From: Tubiluchus corallicola
Taxonomy: Eukaryota > Animalia > Priapulida
DNA: 38,603 bases
Assembly: GCA_030141605.1 (NCBI GenBank)
Contig: JAQGDQ010001484.1
Coordinates: forward strand, 1 to 38,603
Direction of reading: 5' to 3'
The translations under genes and the position numbers were made by a program. The notes under the pieces are model-generated. The model worked only from the letters and a program-made list of their open reading frames with translations. It did no database searches and was not told the DNA's origin. Positions 23,318 to 37,120 of this stretch are shown piece by piece (within the stretch, counting starts at the first letter, position 1; each line of letters starts with the position of its first letter).

Positions 23318-24284
23318 TTAAACGAAACAAAATGACTTTTCATATACTACCCCATTTTCAAGTCTGATAAAAAGTATAACACCTTAACACAATTAATGCT
23401 GTAAAAGCGTTTCTGATAATTAAATAATAGATCAAAAAACTTAATTAACGGCGGGGACCCCAACCATTGATGACATCACAAACTAACATAATTTTCAACA
23501 GCAAAAACATTCCATGATCGTGTTGCACGTGTTTGCGAGAGAGAAAATTGAAGTACAGTGCTACTGTAAGATATTCAGGGTGTTGTACTAAAACTAGGCA
23601 AGTTTTAAAATAAAAATTCAAATTTCAAATTTACCGCTGTACTCACGCAAGAGCTGTCGAACGTGCGCAGCTTGTCACAATCTATCACATCTTAGCTGAG
23701 AGGTACAGCACTTGTTTTTGCATGCAATGCGTTTCCGAAATGCAGGCGCTAGTGCCCGTCTAACTAGCGAATGGTGAAATGCATGTAACAGCGCAGAACT
23801 AGTGGCGCGAACGTGAAATTGTGTTTGTGTGGTAATAATTCTTTCACGCAAGTCATTTTTGAAAAAAATATTATGTTTCCTTTCAATATTTTAAAAAGTA
23901 GATTGTTTTGACCTGCAGTTTAAGATTGGGTCCAGTTTTGCTCATGCTCATGCGTGAGCACAGCAGTAAATTTGAAATTCGAATTTTTATCTCAAAACTT
24001 GCCTAGATTTAGTACAACACAGTGAATATCTTACAGTAGCACTGTACTTTAAATCTCGCTTTCTCAAACACGTGCAACGCGCTAGTGGAATATTTTTGCT
24101 GTTGAAAATTATGTGATGCTTGTGATGTTATCAATAGTCGGGCTCGCTCGCCGTTAATTAAGTTTTTAATCTATTATTTAATTATCAGAAACGCTTTTGC
24201 AGTATTAAATTGTGTTAAATTGTATACTTTTTATCAGACTTGAAAATGGGGGTAGTGCATGAAAAATCATCCTGCCTTCCTTAA
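23318..24284. mobile_element. Kolobok/T2-type MITE with ~330-bp terminal inverted repeats
   Basis: TTAA at both ends (23318-23321, 24281-24284). Left arm ~23322-23655 is the reverse complement of right arm ~23945-24280; family termini resemble TTAAAGG...CCTTTAA. Confidence 0.88.
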
Positions 24285-24752
24285 GTTTGGTCTCAACTTT
24301 TGTAAATCTTTATTATCTTCAAGTTGTTTTTCGTCCGGTCAGGATGCCGCTTAGCAGGTTTTTAGCTTCGTGTAAAAAAGCTAAAGCTTCACACAAATGC
24401 AAAAAAATGAAAAAAACTCAAATCTCTTATTCGGTTTTCCTATTTTATCACTAATTCCTTTGCGATGTTTTCTAATAATAATAATAATAATAATAATAAT
24501 ATCACATCTTTTGAAATGCGTGAAGTCTAAAGGTTTTTCCTTGTCAAGATGTCTTATCTTCAAAAGCAAACACACGCATGCAGTAACGTAAGAAGATTAC
24601 CTCGCTTGCGCATTAACCTAATTATTCTATCTTAGAAACTGCTAGTTTAACGTGGCATGACCACACAGAAGCCAGTGAGTCACTATGCAAGTGTCTCGTG
24701 AAATCTTTTCTTTGAAGCCAAAAAAACAAATGGCAAAATAATAATAACCACT

Positions 24753-24910
24753 GACCAGACGGTATAGTCTAGCGGTATCACGTTCGCTTGATGCGTGGGA
24801 AGTCGTGAGTTCGATACTGCGGCTGGGTCATACAAAAGATTTTAAAAATGGTACCTGCTGTTGCCCTGCCTGGCGCATTGTATTTAGGGGTAAAAGTGGG
24901 GCAATAATAA
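24753..24910 (+). mobile_element. tRNA-derived SINE with Meta-domain-like core
   Basis: A-box TAGTCTAGCGG and B-box GAGTTCGATAC, followed by GGTCATACAAAAGATTTTAAAAATGGTACCTGCTG...CCTGCCTGGCGC, which resembles the MetaSINE central domain as I recall it. Confidence 0.75.
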
Positions 24911-26609
24911 GTCGACAGAAGAAAATTATTGTAATTCCTGAAAATTTGTACATTGTATTTTCATCACGCTTTCTTTTTTATTTTTACACCGTGCTGCCAC
25001 CTTCAGGTGTTCTTGTTAAAATTGTTAAATCTTTCTCTTTACTGTTTAAATTTTCATTGGCTTCTACAGTCTCTATGAATGCATAATCTCTAAACCTGTT
25101 TTCACACCTAAATGATTTCACCTGTAATTTGGTCACGTGGTTTTCTGCTTTTCAACATGAGACTACTTCACTGTTTATGTAGACACTTCAGAATAAAATC
25201 TTGGTTTCTTCAAACGAAATAGACCTTGTTATGTAGTTGTAGATTAGTTATTTACAGTGGGTCTAAAAGCTCTTTGAGTTTACGTATATTGCATTATAAT
25301 TAACGAGATGTTTGTGTATGTTGTAGGTTTTAATTGGTGTTAGATTGTGATGTTAGTGTATGTATTGGTTATTGTATTGAAAAGTATGTTTTTTACGTCT
25401 TTGTGCTATGTGAATTTTTATTTTATAATTGTATGTATTATTAGATGTTTGATATCATTTGTAAGGCATGGATTAATTTTATATTGAAATGTTTGTATAT
25501 GATGTCACTTGTATTGGTATTTTGTTTTTAACACTGTTACAAACAGCAGTTTTTTAGCTAGTTATACTTGTTAATATGATACTTGTGTATTTATTGTGTA
25601 TGTATAACTTAACTGTGTATGTATAACAATGGCAATAATGATTTTATACACGCGCGCACGCACGCACTCAAACACAAACACACGCACGCACGCACACGCA
25701 ATAATAATAATAATAATATTTTATTTATCTTGCAACACACGCACAGTTATAATACAATTAATTTGGAAACAAAAATGTGAAGAAAGGGCAGCGATTGTCC
25801 AATTGGTCATCTAGTCAGCTGCCCTTTGGTTAGTGATGAACATTTTATAAGCGCTATCCTACAGTGTATTAGTGTTAGTACTGCTTATAATAAAGATTTA
25901 ATTGTTACGAATGACATTAAATTGATATGCTTATAACGTGTTAGTACAATTCATACACAGTAATAATAAGTGCATAATAAAAAAAATCAAACTGAAAATA
26001 ACTGAAATAAAACTGAACTGAAATAAAAATCTGACAACAGAAACATAATAACAATGGCAACTGAAATATACTTTATAACACAAGCACGCACGCACACGCA
26101 CACACACACACACACGCACGCACCCAAACACAAACACATGCACGCACGCACACGCACGTTAATTGCTTATCTAAAGGCCAACTTTAAATAAAGATTATTA
26201 TTATTAGAACATTGCATGAACACGTCATGCGCAACTTTTCTGCTTAATCCTCCTTGCTGACTCTCCCTTTGGGCTTTGAACGAAAATTAGGATTCATGCA
26301 CTTAAATTGGCCCTATCATTTTCCTTACATGTGACTGACCAGTGTAATAACAAGACCTAGTGGGAAATTACGCCAACAGGTCAGGAACCCGGATGTGAAC
26401 AGCAGGCATTCTGCGCACGCGCAACACCCGAATATTACATTTCTACTGCTGTTCACAGATATTATAGTTTGTTCTCTACAAATGTTCTCAGTCTTCTAAC
26501 CTCAGGTTTATTATTTCCCTACTTAATTTTAGGCGCTTTGTTAATTTTTGATACAGATTGTATTTATTTGCTTTTGTTCTAAAACGTTAAGACACCAAGT
26601 CGCTGAGTC

Positions 26610-26762
26610 CAATGGCGGTTTGTGGCTAAAATTAGTGGGGGTGCTGGTTCAGAAACTTTTAGCCATTGTTTTAATATTGTGTAAAACGAAACAAACATAT
26701 GTAATTTTAATGTTGTAATTTGTAATTGTAATTTCAAACAAACATCTGAAAGTTTATACATA
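26610..26762 (-). mobile_element. hAT MITE end fragment (inverted)
   Basis: CAATGGCGGTTTGTGGCTAAAATTAGTGGGG is the reverse complement of the family right end. Confidence 0.78.
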
Positions 26763-26767
26763 TGTAT

Positions 26768-27385
26768 TGCGTATTGAAAAGGGGAGGTACGTTACACCTG
26801 GAAAAATCCCGGCTGAGAATCGTTTAATATCGTTTAATAATGCTCATATTGTTTAAGAAATGAAATCGGAGACGAATTACACTTTGTTATAAAATGTCCA
26901 TATTACAATGATCTTAGAGGAAAATTATATAATCACATCAGTGGAATTAAACCAGAATTTTTCCTTATGAGAGCGATGTTGATTAATTTTTATTCTCGAT
27001 GGGAAGTAATTAAGGCATTTATTGATTATGTTGAAAAAGCGTTTTTACTATTAAAAAATAATAGTCTTTCTATCTTTTATATCATTCCATATATGAGTTT
27101 CATTCATTACATCATTCCATTTTAAGCACTAACGTTTATTTTATCACGATTCGCTTTAAATTTTCAGATTATCTCCATTACTTTCTTTCTTTGACTGTGT
27201 GTGACAATCTAACAAGCCCTGCTTTTTGATTGCCCGCAACACATTTACATTCGTGTATAGGTGAACAGTGTTTGAGGCTTTTCCTGTGCAGTATTTCTTA
27301 TTTGTATTATATCCATTGTAGGCCCTTTCACTAGATATTGTACATGAAACTATTGTAAATGTGTATGGTGAAATAAATGACTTAA
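26768..27385 (+). mobile_element. LINE (RTE-X/CR1-like) ORF2 C-terminus and 3' UTR, decayed
   Basis: LRIEKGRYVTPGKIPAENRL...CSYCLRNEIGDELHFVIKCPYYNDLR matches LxIExGRY...R.C..C....DExH....C..Y...R; AT-rich 3' UTR with AATAAA near 27372. Confidence 0.83.
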
Positions 27386-28099
27386 GACATGATGAACTAT
27401 GTAATGATCATACCATGGAAAATGTGGCCCGATGAATGATAATTTATTTTTAGATACTAATCATTAAACTTTTTATTTAAATAACTAAAATAACTAACGG
27501 GAAGATTTAATAATGTTTGTTTTATTAGTAATTGTTTTGTTTGTCTGTAGTGTCATTATATTGCAAAATTGAAATTGTTTGTATGTCTTGTTTTGTATGT
27601 ATTTTTGACACTAATATTTAATAACCAATATAACTATAAAGAAAGCATTTAATATTAGGGAATTCTGTTTTTAAGAAACTGTGTGTTGGTACCTAATTAT
27701 AACTCCCCCTCTGATAAGTCTGATATTAAATTCGAAAGATCCTGGGATTAACTAAGAAGCCTACCTGCGCATCACAGGAGTTTCTTCAGATATTACGCAT
27801 GCGCAAACACAAATCAATTACGGCAGGTGAGCCTTTTCTTAACTGCAAAGTTACAAACTTATTCTTGCTTATAACAAGCGTCATGTTGTTATCTGATGAA
27901 GAGTTGTAATTAATGGCTGCCTCGCAGGAGGTTTACCTGTGTTTGTTACTGTTGTTGTTGCTGGTGGTAAACATAAACACCACCGTCACTGATGAAGCTA
28001 GCAAACTTTTCTCGCAAAACACTAAAGGTACTTTGTCGTCTTTGTGAATTCTGTAGGAAGAGTATGAGTAAATGGCAGAAAGTGGGGGAGACCAAAAAG

Positions 28100-28925
<826 letters not shown>

Positions 28926-29819
28926 TATGTGTATTGTTCATTTTCTGTATTTATTCTAGAAACTTAGTGTTTAGCTAGCAGTACTTAATAATTGTTAAGT
29001 GTCCTCGAATCATGAGGGCCAGTGAGTGGTCATATTTCTGTAAACTGTGTCCAAGGCAACTGCTCTAGAGCTTATACAGCAGAGCAGTGTGACCAGGCAA
29101 AATGCCTTACACTGGATTTCACATCTGGTAAAATCTTTTACAATGTTTACAAAATGTGAACAAACTTCACTGCTTCTTAGATTATAGATTTGATGTAAGT
29201 CAATTGCAGGTAGAACTCTAATTAACTTCACTCCTAGGTTATAATCCACTAAATGACAATTAAATACTAAATACGCTGGGATTTGTATATCTAAATTACA
29301 TTTACAGAAATTTGTATTTAATAATCGTTTAAGTAGAAGGTTTAACCCCACCGTTTCTATTTGCCTTGCCGAAAAAGGACGCCAGATAGACCAGGGGGCT
29401 TTTGGTATTGCTATACATTTTATTATATTGTGATGTTACTTAATAAAAGTGTTATTTCCTAATCAAAGTCTTATAGCTTTGCCATTACTCAAACGTCCAT
29501 AAACAGCTACACACATCGCTCACACACGTACTACCACTATAGAACCAACCTAATAATTTTACTCTTTCAGATATGATCTTACAGTTGCTAAATGCGATTT
29601 TACAAGATTCAGGTATCCGCCACTGTACGCCAGTATCCGCCAGGCAGAACGAAAATTCTCAAAAGTTTGTTTTTTTTCAGAAAAAGCAAGGCTAGCGTTA
29701 CAATACGTAGAAAATGTTCGCAACAGCGAGTGCAGTGGAGGAACGGGAACGGTTCTACCGATTGTGTTCAACCACGAGATCTGGAGTAGTCAAGCTTTGG
29801 TAAATCATTATTCGTTTAA

Positions 29820-30282
29820 CCCTTTCAGTCCCAAATTATTTTTTTAATAAGAAAAAATTTTTTGGCTTGGTACTTTTGTGTTCAGTATGTCCATCTTGTT
29901 TACACATAATAATTGTTTTTTTTCTACCTGTGCCCGCGTGATAAATATAGCCTGTATCCCACGGGATACATTGGGCTTCAATGGAAGCATAAAATGTGCT
30001 TCATTTTGCAACTGCTGATAATTTTTTAAAGTATTTAACACATTTAGTATGCATGCTATGCTGATCTGTACAAAGTCGTCTCTAAAGTACTGTACCTTGC
30101 GCAGTTTTTTATGCTATGTAGATTTTCTAGTTTGCCATTTTATCACCATTTTTAGTCTATTGTTATTGGCTTAAATCAAAATAACTATTAATGGATCAAA
30201 TAACTGACAGTTTTAAAATTTTATTAATTTTAAAGGCAGAGAATATTCTCGTATCCCATGGGATACAACAGGTATGAAAGGG
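29820..30282. mobile_element. piggyBac-type MITE
   Basis: TTAA-CCCTTTCA...TGAAAGGG-TTAA; internal palindromes GTATCCCACGGGATAC (~29954) and GTATCCCATGGGATAC (30251). Confidence 0.82.
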
Positions 30283-31147
30283 TTAAATTATAATAACAAC
30301 AGCAATAGCAAAAGCACCATAATAGCAATTTGCGTAAAATGCAGAATTATTTTTATTTAAAGGACAGCTAGACGATTGTGTAAACATTAGTTCAAAATAA
30401 TGTATGTTCTAAAATATTCAAAATTACAGCAGGTTTTTTTAAAATCAAAACTTTGATCAAATAATAATTACCGTGTGTAGCTAAATTTTGTTAAACTTTC
30501 AATGCTTTTCAATGCGGCTCATCGAATCTACTAAGATTGGTATGGCACTTTTTGTCACATTCGCATGGCCGAGAAATAGACACCCTTACTGTGATAAGCA
30601 TGATCATGGACTGCAACGTTCGTCTATGACGTCAGTTTGACGTAGAGCTCACTTTCGTGACATCACATCAGCGCCTTATAGCAATCTCCGCTTACGCAAA
30701 CGTACTTGTCGCACATGGAAGATGCCCGCCATTGCACAAACTGTGGTTAGTTTGTGACGTAAGTGATAGCTGTTTTTGGTTCCCTTTAATTATTTATCCA
30801 CGTTAATTAATAAAAAAATGAGATAGAGTCTAATCAATCGCCCGGGTTTCTTTTAATTAATAATACCCAAGCACTCCACGTAGTTTCGTGTTTACTAGAT
30901 ACAATTATATTTCTTATTCACCCATGAAAATGCAATCCATTCGCAGTTTAGTACAACGGTATAACGGTAGAAGTATAAGTAACTAAACAATTCGTTGATT
31001 AATTAGTGGAAAGTGTTGGTAGCATCATTTTAATTTTATCGTCTGTAAATTAGGGAATGAACTTCTCATTGTTCAACGTTCAATAAAGTTCACGAGCAAC
31101 TCGATTATTAAATGTAGTTATCATCATAGTTTCCATTAGTTGCTAAA

Positions 31148-31801
31148 CGAAAACCGGATCCAATCTTAAACATTAGGTTAAAACAGTCTACTCTTTAAAA
31201 TATTGAAAGGAAACACACTATTTTTTCAGAAATGACTTACATGAAAGAATTATAACCACACAAACACAATTTCACGTTCGTGCCACTAGTTCTTCGCTTT
31301 TACATGCATTTCACCATTCGCTGGTTAGACGAGCACTAGCGCCTGCATCTCGGAAACGCATTGCATACAAAAACAAGTGCTGTACCTCTCAGTTCAGATG
31401 TGTTAGTTTGTGACGAACTACACCCGTTTGACAGCTCATGCGTGAGTACAGCGGTAAATTTGAAATTTGAATTTTTATTTTAAAATTTAGTATTACAGTG
31501 GTTTAGGTACCTAAAAGGAACCTAGTTTTAGTACAACACACTGAATAGTTTACAGTAGCACTGTACTTCAATTTTCTCTTTCACAAACACATGCAACGCG
31601 ATCGTAGAATATTTTTGCTGTTGGAAATCATGTTAGTTTGTGATGTCATCAATAGTTGGGTTCGCCTGCCGTTAATTAAGTTTTTAGTCAATTATTTAAT
31701 TATCAGAAATGCCTTTGCGTTATTAATTGTGTTAAAATGTATACTTTTTATCAGATTTGAAAATGGGGTAGTATATGAAAAATCATCCTGTCTTCCTTTA
31801 A
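31148..31801 (-). mobile_element. Kolobok/T2-type MITE, partial copy
   Basis: Reverse complement of ~23318-23940 (arm plus internal part); ends ATCATCCTGTCTTCCTTTAA. Confidence 0.85.
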
Positions 31802-32530
31802 CAGATTTCTACGAAGTTCTACGGGGACGGCCGGAGGGGGAAAAGAAAGAGGCATTTTGAAGCAGATTTCTGGGCAGCGGGAGGGGATGAAAACTGACAA
31901 AATGGGAGTTTTTTTGCCCACAAACTTGACCAAACACCACATACAAAAAAAATTCGTGACCTTGCCCTCATGGTTACCTTGGTAACCTTGCGGCTACCCT
32001 CTTCTGTTTGGTAGCTCCCAAATTTCTTTCAGGTATCGATAGCCATGATGTGTATATGATGGCTATGTATCATACACGCTTCTATTTAGCACTGTTATTT
32101 GAGGCACTAGCACAACACTTAAGATGCCCAAATGATTTAGTGTACAATATTTACATGAATATACATATATATATGAATATGTTGGTTTTAGGACCGAGCT
32201 ATTAGAGCAAAATAGTGACTCCAGCATACAAGACTTCACCAATGTTTACAGAAAGCGTTCTCATGCTGTCTTTCAATGTTTTGCTGTTCCAAACTATTTA
32301 CATAATATTGAATAGCATCCTTGAATAGATAGATCGCAAGCCGCGTTTAGCTCCGCCCAACTTGATGACGTAAGACACATTCTCACAAGCTCCCTCACTG
32401 TAAGTGCTTCCAGGGAAGGAACTGTAAGCAGTTATTACTATTATTATTATAATTATTTACTATAATATTATTATATTATTATTATTATTATATATTATTT
32501 ACTATAATAATAGTAAATAAACTGAAAATA

Positions 32531-32807
32531 CGGAAAAATTTTGTACTGGTAAGTTTGGTACGAGGAAATTTTGGTACTGGGAAAATTTGCCGCTGGGAAT
32601 TTTTAGTGCAGTGAAATCTTGGCACTAGGAAAATTGGGTACAGGGAAAATGCGGTCCTGGTAAGACTTAATACAGTACTGGCAAAGTTTGGAAAGCATTT
32701 TTAGTACAAGTAAATCTTGTACAAGGTAAAAATGGTACGGAGCTGTGGCATTTTTACCTAGTTTTCTATTTGTGCCATTTTTCGTGCGCCATTTTTACCT
32801 ACATCCG
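32531..32807. mobile_element. Possible foldback/MULE-like MITE built of degenerate ~16-bp repeats
   Basis: Repeated GGtAAAaaTgGtAC-like units in forward orientation, then inverted (GTGCCATTTTT, GCGCCATTTTTACC); CGGA...TCCG termini. Confidence 0.45.
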
Positions 32808-33230
32808 AAGAAAACAGCTACAAAATGTCACAAGCTGTAGTTTGCACAAATCCCCAGAGGTTTTTTGCTTTTATTTCTGTCACACGTTGCAAAACAAAAT
32901 TTAATGCAGTAATTGAAGTAACTGTGGTAATTACAGTAGTAATTTTGAAAGCAGTGTTCGGGGGTAGATGGCCTTGATCATTAAACTCGTTAAGGACAGG
33001 CATTCTAAGCTCGTCTTTATTAACTAAATTTAGAAAGCAGTAGAAACTCAGAGACAATTTTGTTCTGTAATTTTTATTTCATCGTGGTTTTTGAAAATTG
33101 CCCACTTCGTCTTAATGATTGTGTTCAGTAACTAGGATACCAATTAGGTGAACCAGTTAGAATTAGGATTTAACAGAGCAGAACAAAACTAGCATTATGT
33201 TTCTAATAATAATTTCCAAAGTAGTCTCAG

Positions 33231-33340
33231 ATAACAACAATAACAATGACAATGACAATGACAATGACACCGACACCGACACCGACAACGACAACGACAC
33301 CAACAACAACAACAACAATAACAATATCATTATTATTATT
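33231..33340. repeat. Compound (AAC)/(GACAAT)/(GACACC)/(ATT) microsatellite
   Basis: Seen directly; lies at the tail end of the adjacent minus-strand SINE. Confidence 0.88.
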
Positions 33341-33344
33341 AAAT

Positions 33345-33480
33345 TACTTTGACAAACCTGCAAACCTTGGTCGATGACCCAGTGGTACGTTTTTTAAATC
33401 TTTTTTATACTCTGTTGGGAGTTGAACCCGCGATCTTTGGGTGGGACGCGAGTACACTTCCATTGAGTTATACTCACCGC
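33345..33480 (-). mobile_element. tRNA-derived SINE remnant (Meta-domain-like)
   Basis: Minus strand: A-box TAACTCAATGG, B-box GGGTTCAACTCCC, then GTATAAAAAAGATTTAAAAAACGTACC, similar to the core at 24827-24856. Confidence 0.62.
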
Positions 33481-33617
33481 TTCAAATTATTACTGTTGCT
33501 AGTGTAACGTAAATTACTCAGCAATATCGTTAATTTTTTATTACAGGCACTTAAAAACATTTATAGTTAAAACGGCACAACTTTATTAAAACTTTTAATT
33601 TACATAGTTGAAAGGTC

Positions 33618-33662
33618 ATGTCAAACGTTTCGACAGGCCTACTGCTGTCATCATCAGTGGTA
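33618..33662 (-). ncRNA. Minimal hammerhead ribozyme motif of Penelope-like-element type
   Basis: Minus strand cca-CTGATGA-t-GACAG-cagtaggc-CTGTC-GAAA-CGTT-tga: both catalytic boxes, a perfect 5-bp stem II and a palindromic AACGTT stem III region; AATAAA ~35 nt downstream (33582-33587). Stem I is weak. Confidence 0.7.
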
Positions 33663-33716
33663 AATTTTTATAAACGTACAACCAGTTTACATAGGCAGAG
33701 TCTACAGTAAAGAACA

Positions 33717-35749
33717 TTAAGCACTAATTATGTATTTACAAAAGGCCAAATAGGTAATGAATAAGCAGAACAGTAGAAAGAAATTGATACAGTAAATTAA
33801 GCACTAATTATGTATTTAACAAAAGCCAAATAGGTAATGAATAAGCAGAACAGTAGAAAAGATATTGATACAGTTAATTATGTACTAATTATGTATTTAA
33901 CAAAAGCCAAATAGGTAATGATACAGACGTAGAAAAGATTGATACAGTTAATTATGTACTAATTATGTATTTAACAAAAGCCAAATAGGTAATGATAAGC
34001 AGACAGTAGAAAGATATTGATACAGTTAATTATGCACTAATTATGTATTTACAAAAAGCCAAATAGGTAATGATTAAGCAGAACAGTAGAAAAGATATTG
34101 ATACAGTTAATTATGTACTAATTATGTATTTAACAAAAGCCAAATAGGTAATGATTAAGCAGAACAGTAGAAAAGATATTGATACAGTTAATTATGTACT
34201 AATTATGTATTTAACAAAAGCCAAATAGGTAATGATTAAGCAGAACAGTAGAAAAGATATTGATACAGTTAATTATGTACTAATTATGTATTTAACAAAA
34301 GCCAAATAGGTAATGATTAAGCAGAACAGTAGAAAATGTTGTTTTTTTTGTGGTTGTTGGGGAATTGATACAGTATTATGCACTAATTATGTATTTAACA
34401 GAAGCCAAATAGGTAATGATTAAGCAGACCAGTAGAAAAGAAATTGATACAGTAAATTATGCACTAATTATGTATTTAACAAAAGCCAAATAGGTAATGA
34501 TTAAGCAGACCAGTAGAAAAGAAATTGATACAGTAAATTATGCACTAATTATGTATTTAACAGAAGCCAAATAGGTAATGATTAAGCAGACCAGTAGAAA
34601 AGAAATTGATACAGTAAATTATGCACTAATTATGTATTTAACAAAAGCCAAATAGGTAATGAATAAGCAGACCAGTAGAAAAGAAATTGATACAGTAAAT
34701 TATGCACTAATTATGTATTTAACAAAAGCCAAATAGGTAATGATTAAGCAGACCAGTAGAAAAGATATTGATACAGTTAATTATGCACTAATTATGTATT
34801 TACAAAAAGCCAAATAGGTAAGGATTAAGCAGACCAGTAGAAAGAAATTGATACAGTAACTTATGCACTAATTATGTATTTACAAAAGCCAAATAGGTAA
34901 TGATTAAACAGACCAGTAGAAAGAAATTGATACAGTAAATTATGCACTAATTATGTATTTACAAAAGCCAAATAGGTAATGATTAAGCAGACCAGTAGAA
35001 AAGAAATTGATACAGTAAATTATGCACTAATTATGTATTTACAAAAGCCAAATAGGTAATGATTAAACAGACCAGTAGAAAAGAAATTGATACAGTAAAT
35101 TATGCACTAATTATGTATTTACAAAAAGCCAAATAGGTAATGATTAAGCAGACCAGTAGAAAAGAAATTGATACAGTAAATTATGCACTAATTATGTATT
35201 TACAAAAGCCAAATAGGTAATGATTAAGCAGACCAGTAGAAAAGAAATTGATACAGTAAATTATGCACTAATTATGTATTTACAAAAGGCCAAATAGGTA
35301 ATGATTAAGCAGACCAGTAGAAAAGAAATTGATACAGTAAATTATGCACTAATTATGTATTTACAAAAAGCCAAATAGGTAAGGATTAAGCAGACCAGTA
35401 AAGAAATTGATACAGTAAATTATGCACTAATTATGTATTTACAAAAAGCCAAATAGGTAAGGATTAAGCAGACCAGTAGTAAAGAAATTGATACAGTAAA
35501 TTAAGCACTAATTATGTATTTACAAAAGGCCAAATAGGTAATGATTAAGCAGACCAGTAGAAAAGAAATTGGTACAGTAAATTATGCACTAATTATGTAT
35601 TTACAAAAAGCCAAATAGGTAAGGATTAAGCAGACCAGTAGTAAAGAAATTGATACAGTAAATTAAGCACTAATTATGTATTTACAAAAGCCAAATAGGT
35701 AATGATTAAGCAGACCAGTAGAAAAGAAATTGATACAGTAGATTATGCA
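33717..35749. repeat. ~80-bp minisatellite, ~25 copies
   Basis: Unit CAGTAAATTATGCACTAATTATGTATTTACAAAAGCCAAATAGGTAATGATTAAGCAGACCAGTAGAAAAGAAATTGATA, head to tail, no spacers. Confidence 0.97.
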
Positions 35750-37120
35750 AATGTAACTGTAACTATATAACGCATAATACATACATACAAAATGAATACG
35801 TAAATACTTAATTAGTGCATATCGTTAAATGATGTAATATTCATTATATTTCTTATTTAATTTTTGGAAGACAAAATGGGACAAAATGGCAAAATCGTAA
35901 AGAGTCGAGTAGTACAGCGTAATAGCTGCGTAATATTTTCTCGGTGATGTCACTATATATGCAGGTACTACCTTCTTTTCCTAGCTAAATCTTGTTCATC
36001 CATGTTTATGCAGCGTCATGTTGGCAGAAGTAATTATTGTTATTATTGAGGCAAGTAGCTAATGAGTCTGTTTTAACTACGATAGGCAGACAATTTTGTC
36101 TCCAGTCTTATTAGCTTAATTATCTTAATTGGACATCAGTCGTGCCCATCTTGCTGCTTTCGGCTAATTAACGTACCGACTCGTAATAGTGTGCTTAGAA
36201 CTAAGCTAATTTCTCAGGTAAATAAAAAAGCATTATTTTCATTACTTGACCTGAAAAATCCCCAGGGATTTGTTGCCTTATTTGTAGAACAAATGCGTAA
36301 TTGTGTTAATTATAGCAAAATATAGTCCTCGTTGTGGATACGTGCTTTAATTGTTTTGTTATCGTAAATTCACTAAGTCTGCAATATTATCAGATTCAAA
36401 ATCTGTGATTTAACAACAAGAATGAACATTTATTAACGCAATGAGTTGCATCTAGTGTTGTAACTGGTAGGAGCTGACTGCTTAATACTGATTGGTTGTG
36501 AAGGAGCTTGGTTGCTAGGCAACTGATTGCTTGGCAACTTGGTTGCTAGGTTCGATTTTGCAGAGAAACTAGTTGCTAGGTGACAGGGTAGCAGAGTGAT
36601 TCGTTGCTAGGCAACGGGTTGTTAGGGAGGGTAGCCAAACTCTATAGCCATTAGTGACGCAGTGCATTGTCGTTGGGGGAAATGAACTGTTGAATTTGAA
36701 ATGATGTTCATTACATTATTAGTGCATCACTAATCTCATATATAAAATAAACTATATCACTAATAAATTTATAATATTATTAATCAATATTAATATCAAC
36801 ATTAATCAATATTAATATTACAATAATTATAGTTGGGAATTTAACCCATTAATTTGAATGAATTGATGTTTTGATAATAACAGTAATGTGAATTCTAATC
36901 CGGTTACATTAAGACTTCAAGCAGAATTCCAGGGTCAATGTCTTGTTCTTTAACTAAACACAGATGCCGTCGTTAATGTTTTGATCGTTGTCGTTGTTGT
37001 CATTACTAGCAGTAAGAAATGACCTGTTAGTCAGAAATAAACGTGGTGCAATACGTTTATCCTAGTTTTAAATACTGTTAGATAATTTTAGTATTCTTAT
37101 TAACACTTCACTAAAGAACC

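Noticed and set aside
24753-24830. Genuine tRNA gene (also 33410-33480)
   Set aside because: A and B boxes are present but I cannot form a complete cloverleaf, and each is followed by a SINE core domain.
33717-35749. CRISPR array
   Set aside because: Head-to-tail 80-bp units with no unique spacers, no cas genes, and a eukaryotic context.
36157-36190. Second hammerhead ribozyme (minus strand ATTACGAG-TCGG...CCGAAAG)
   Set aside because: The CUGANGA box is broken and the stems are too short; at best a decayed remnant.
36459-36908. Solo LTR bounded by TGTAACTGG...CCGGTTACA
   Set aside because: No target-site duplication and no second copy or primer-binding site visible.
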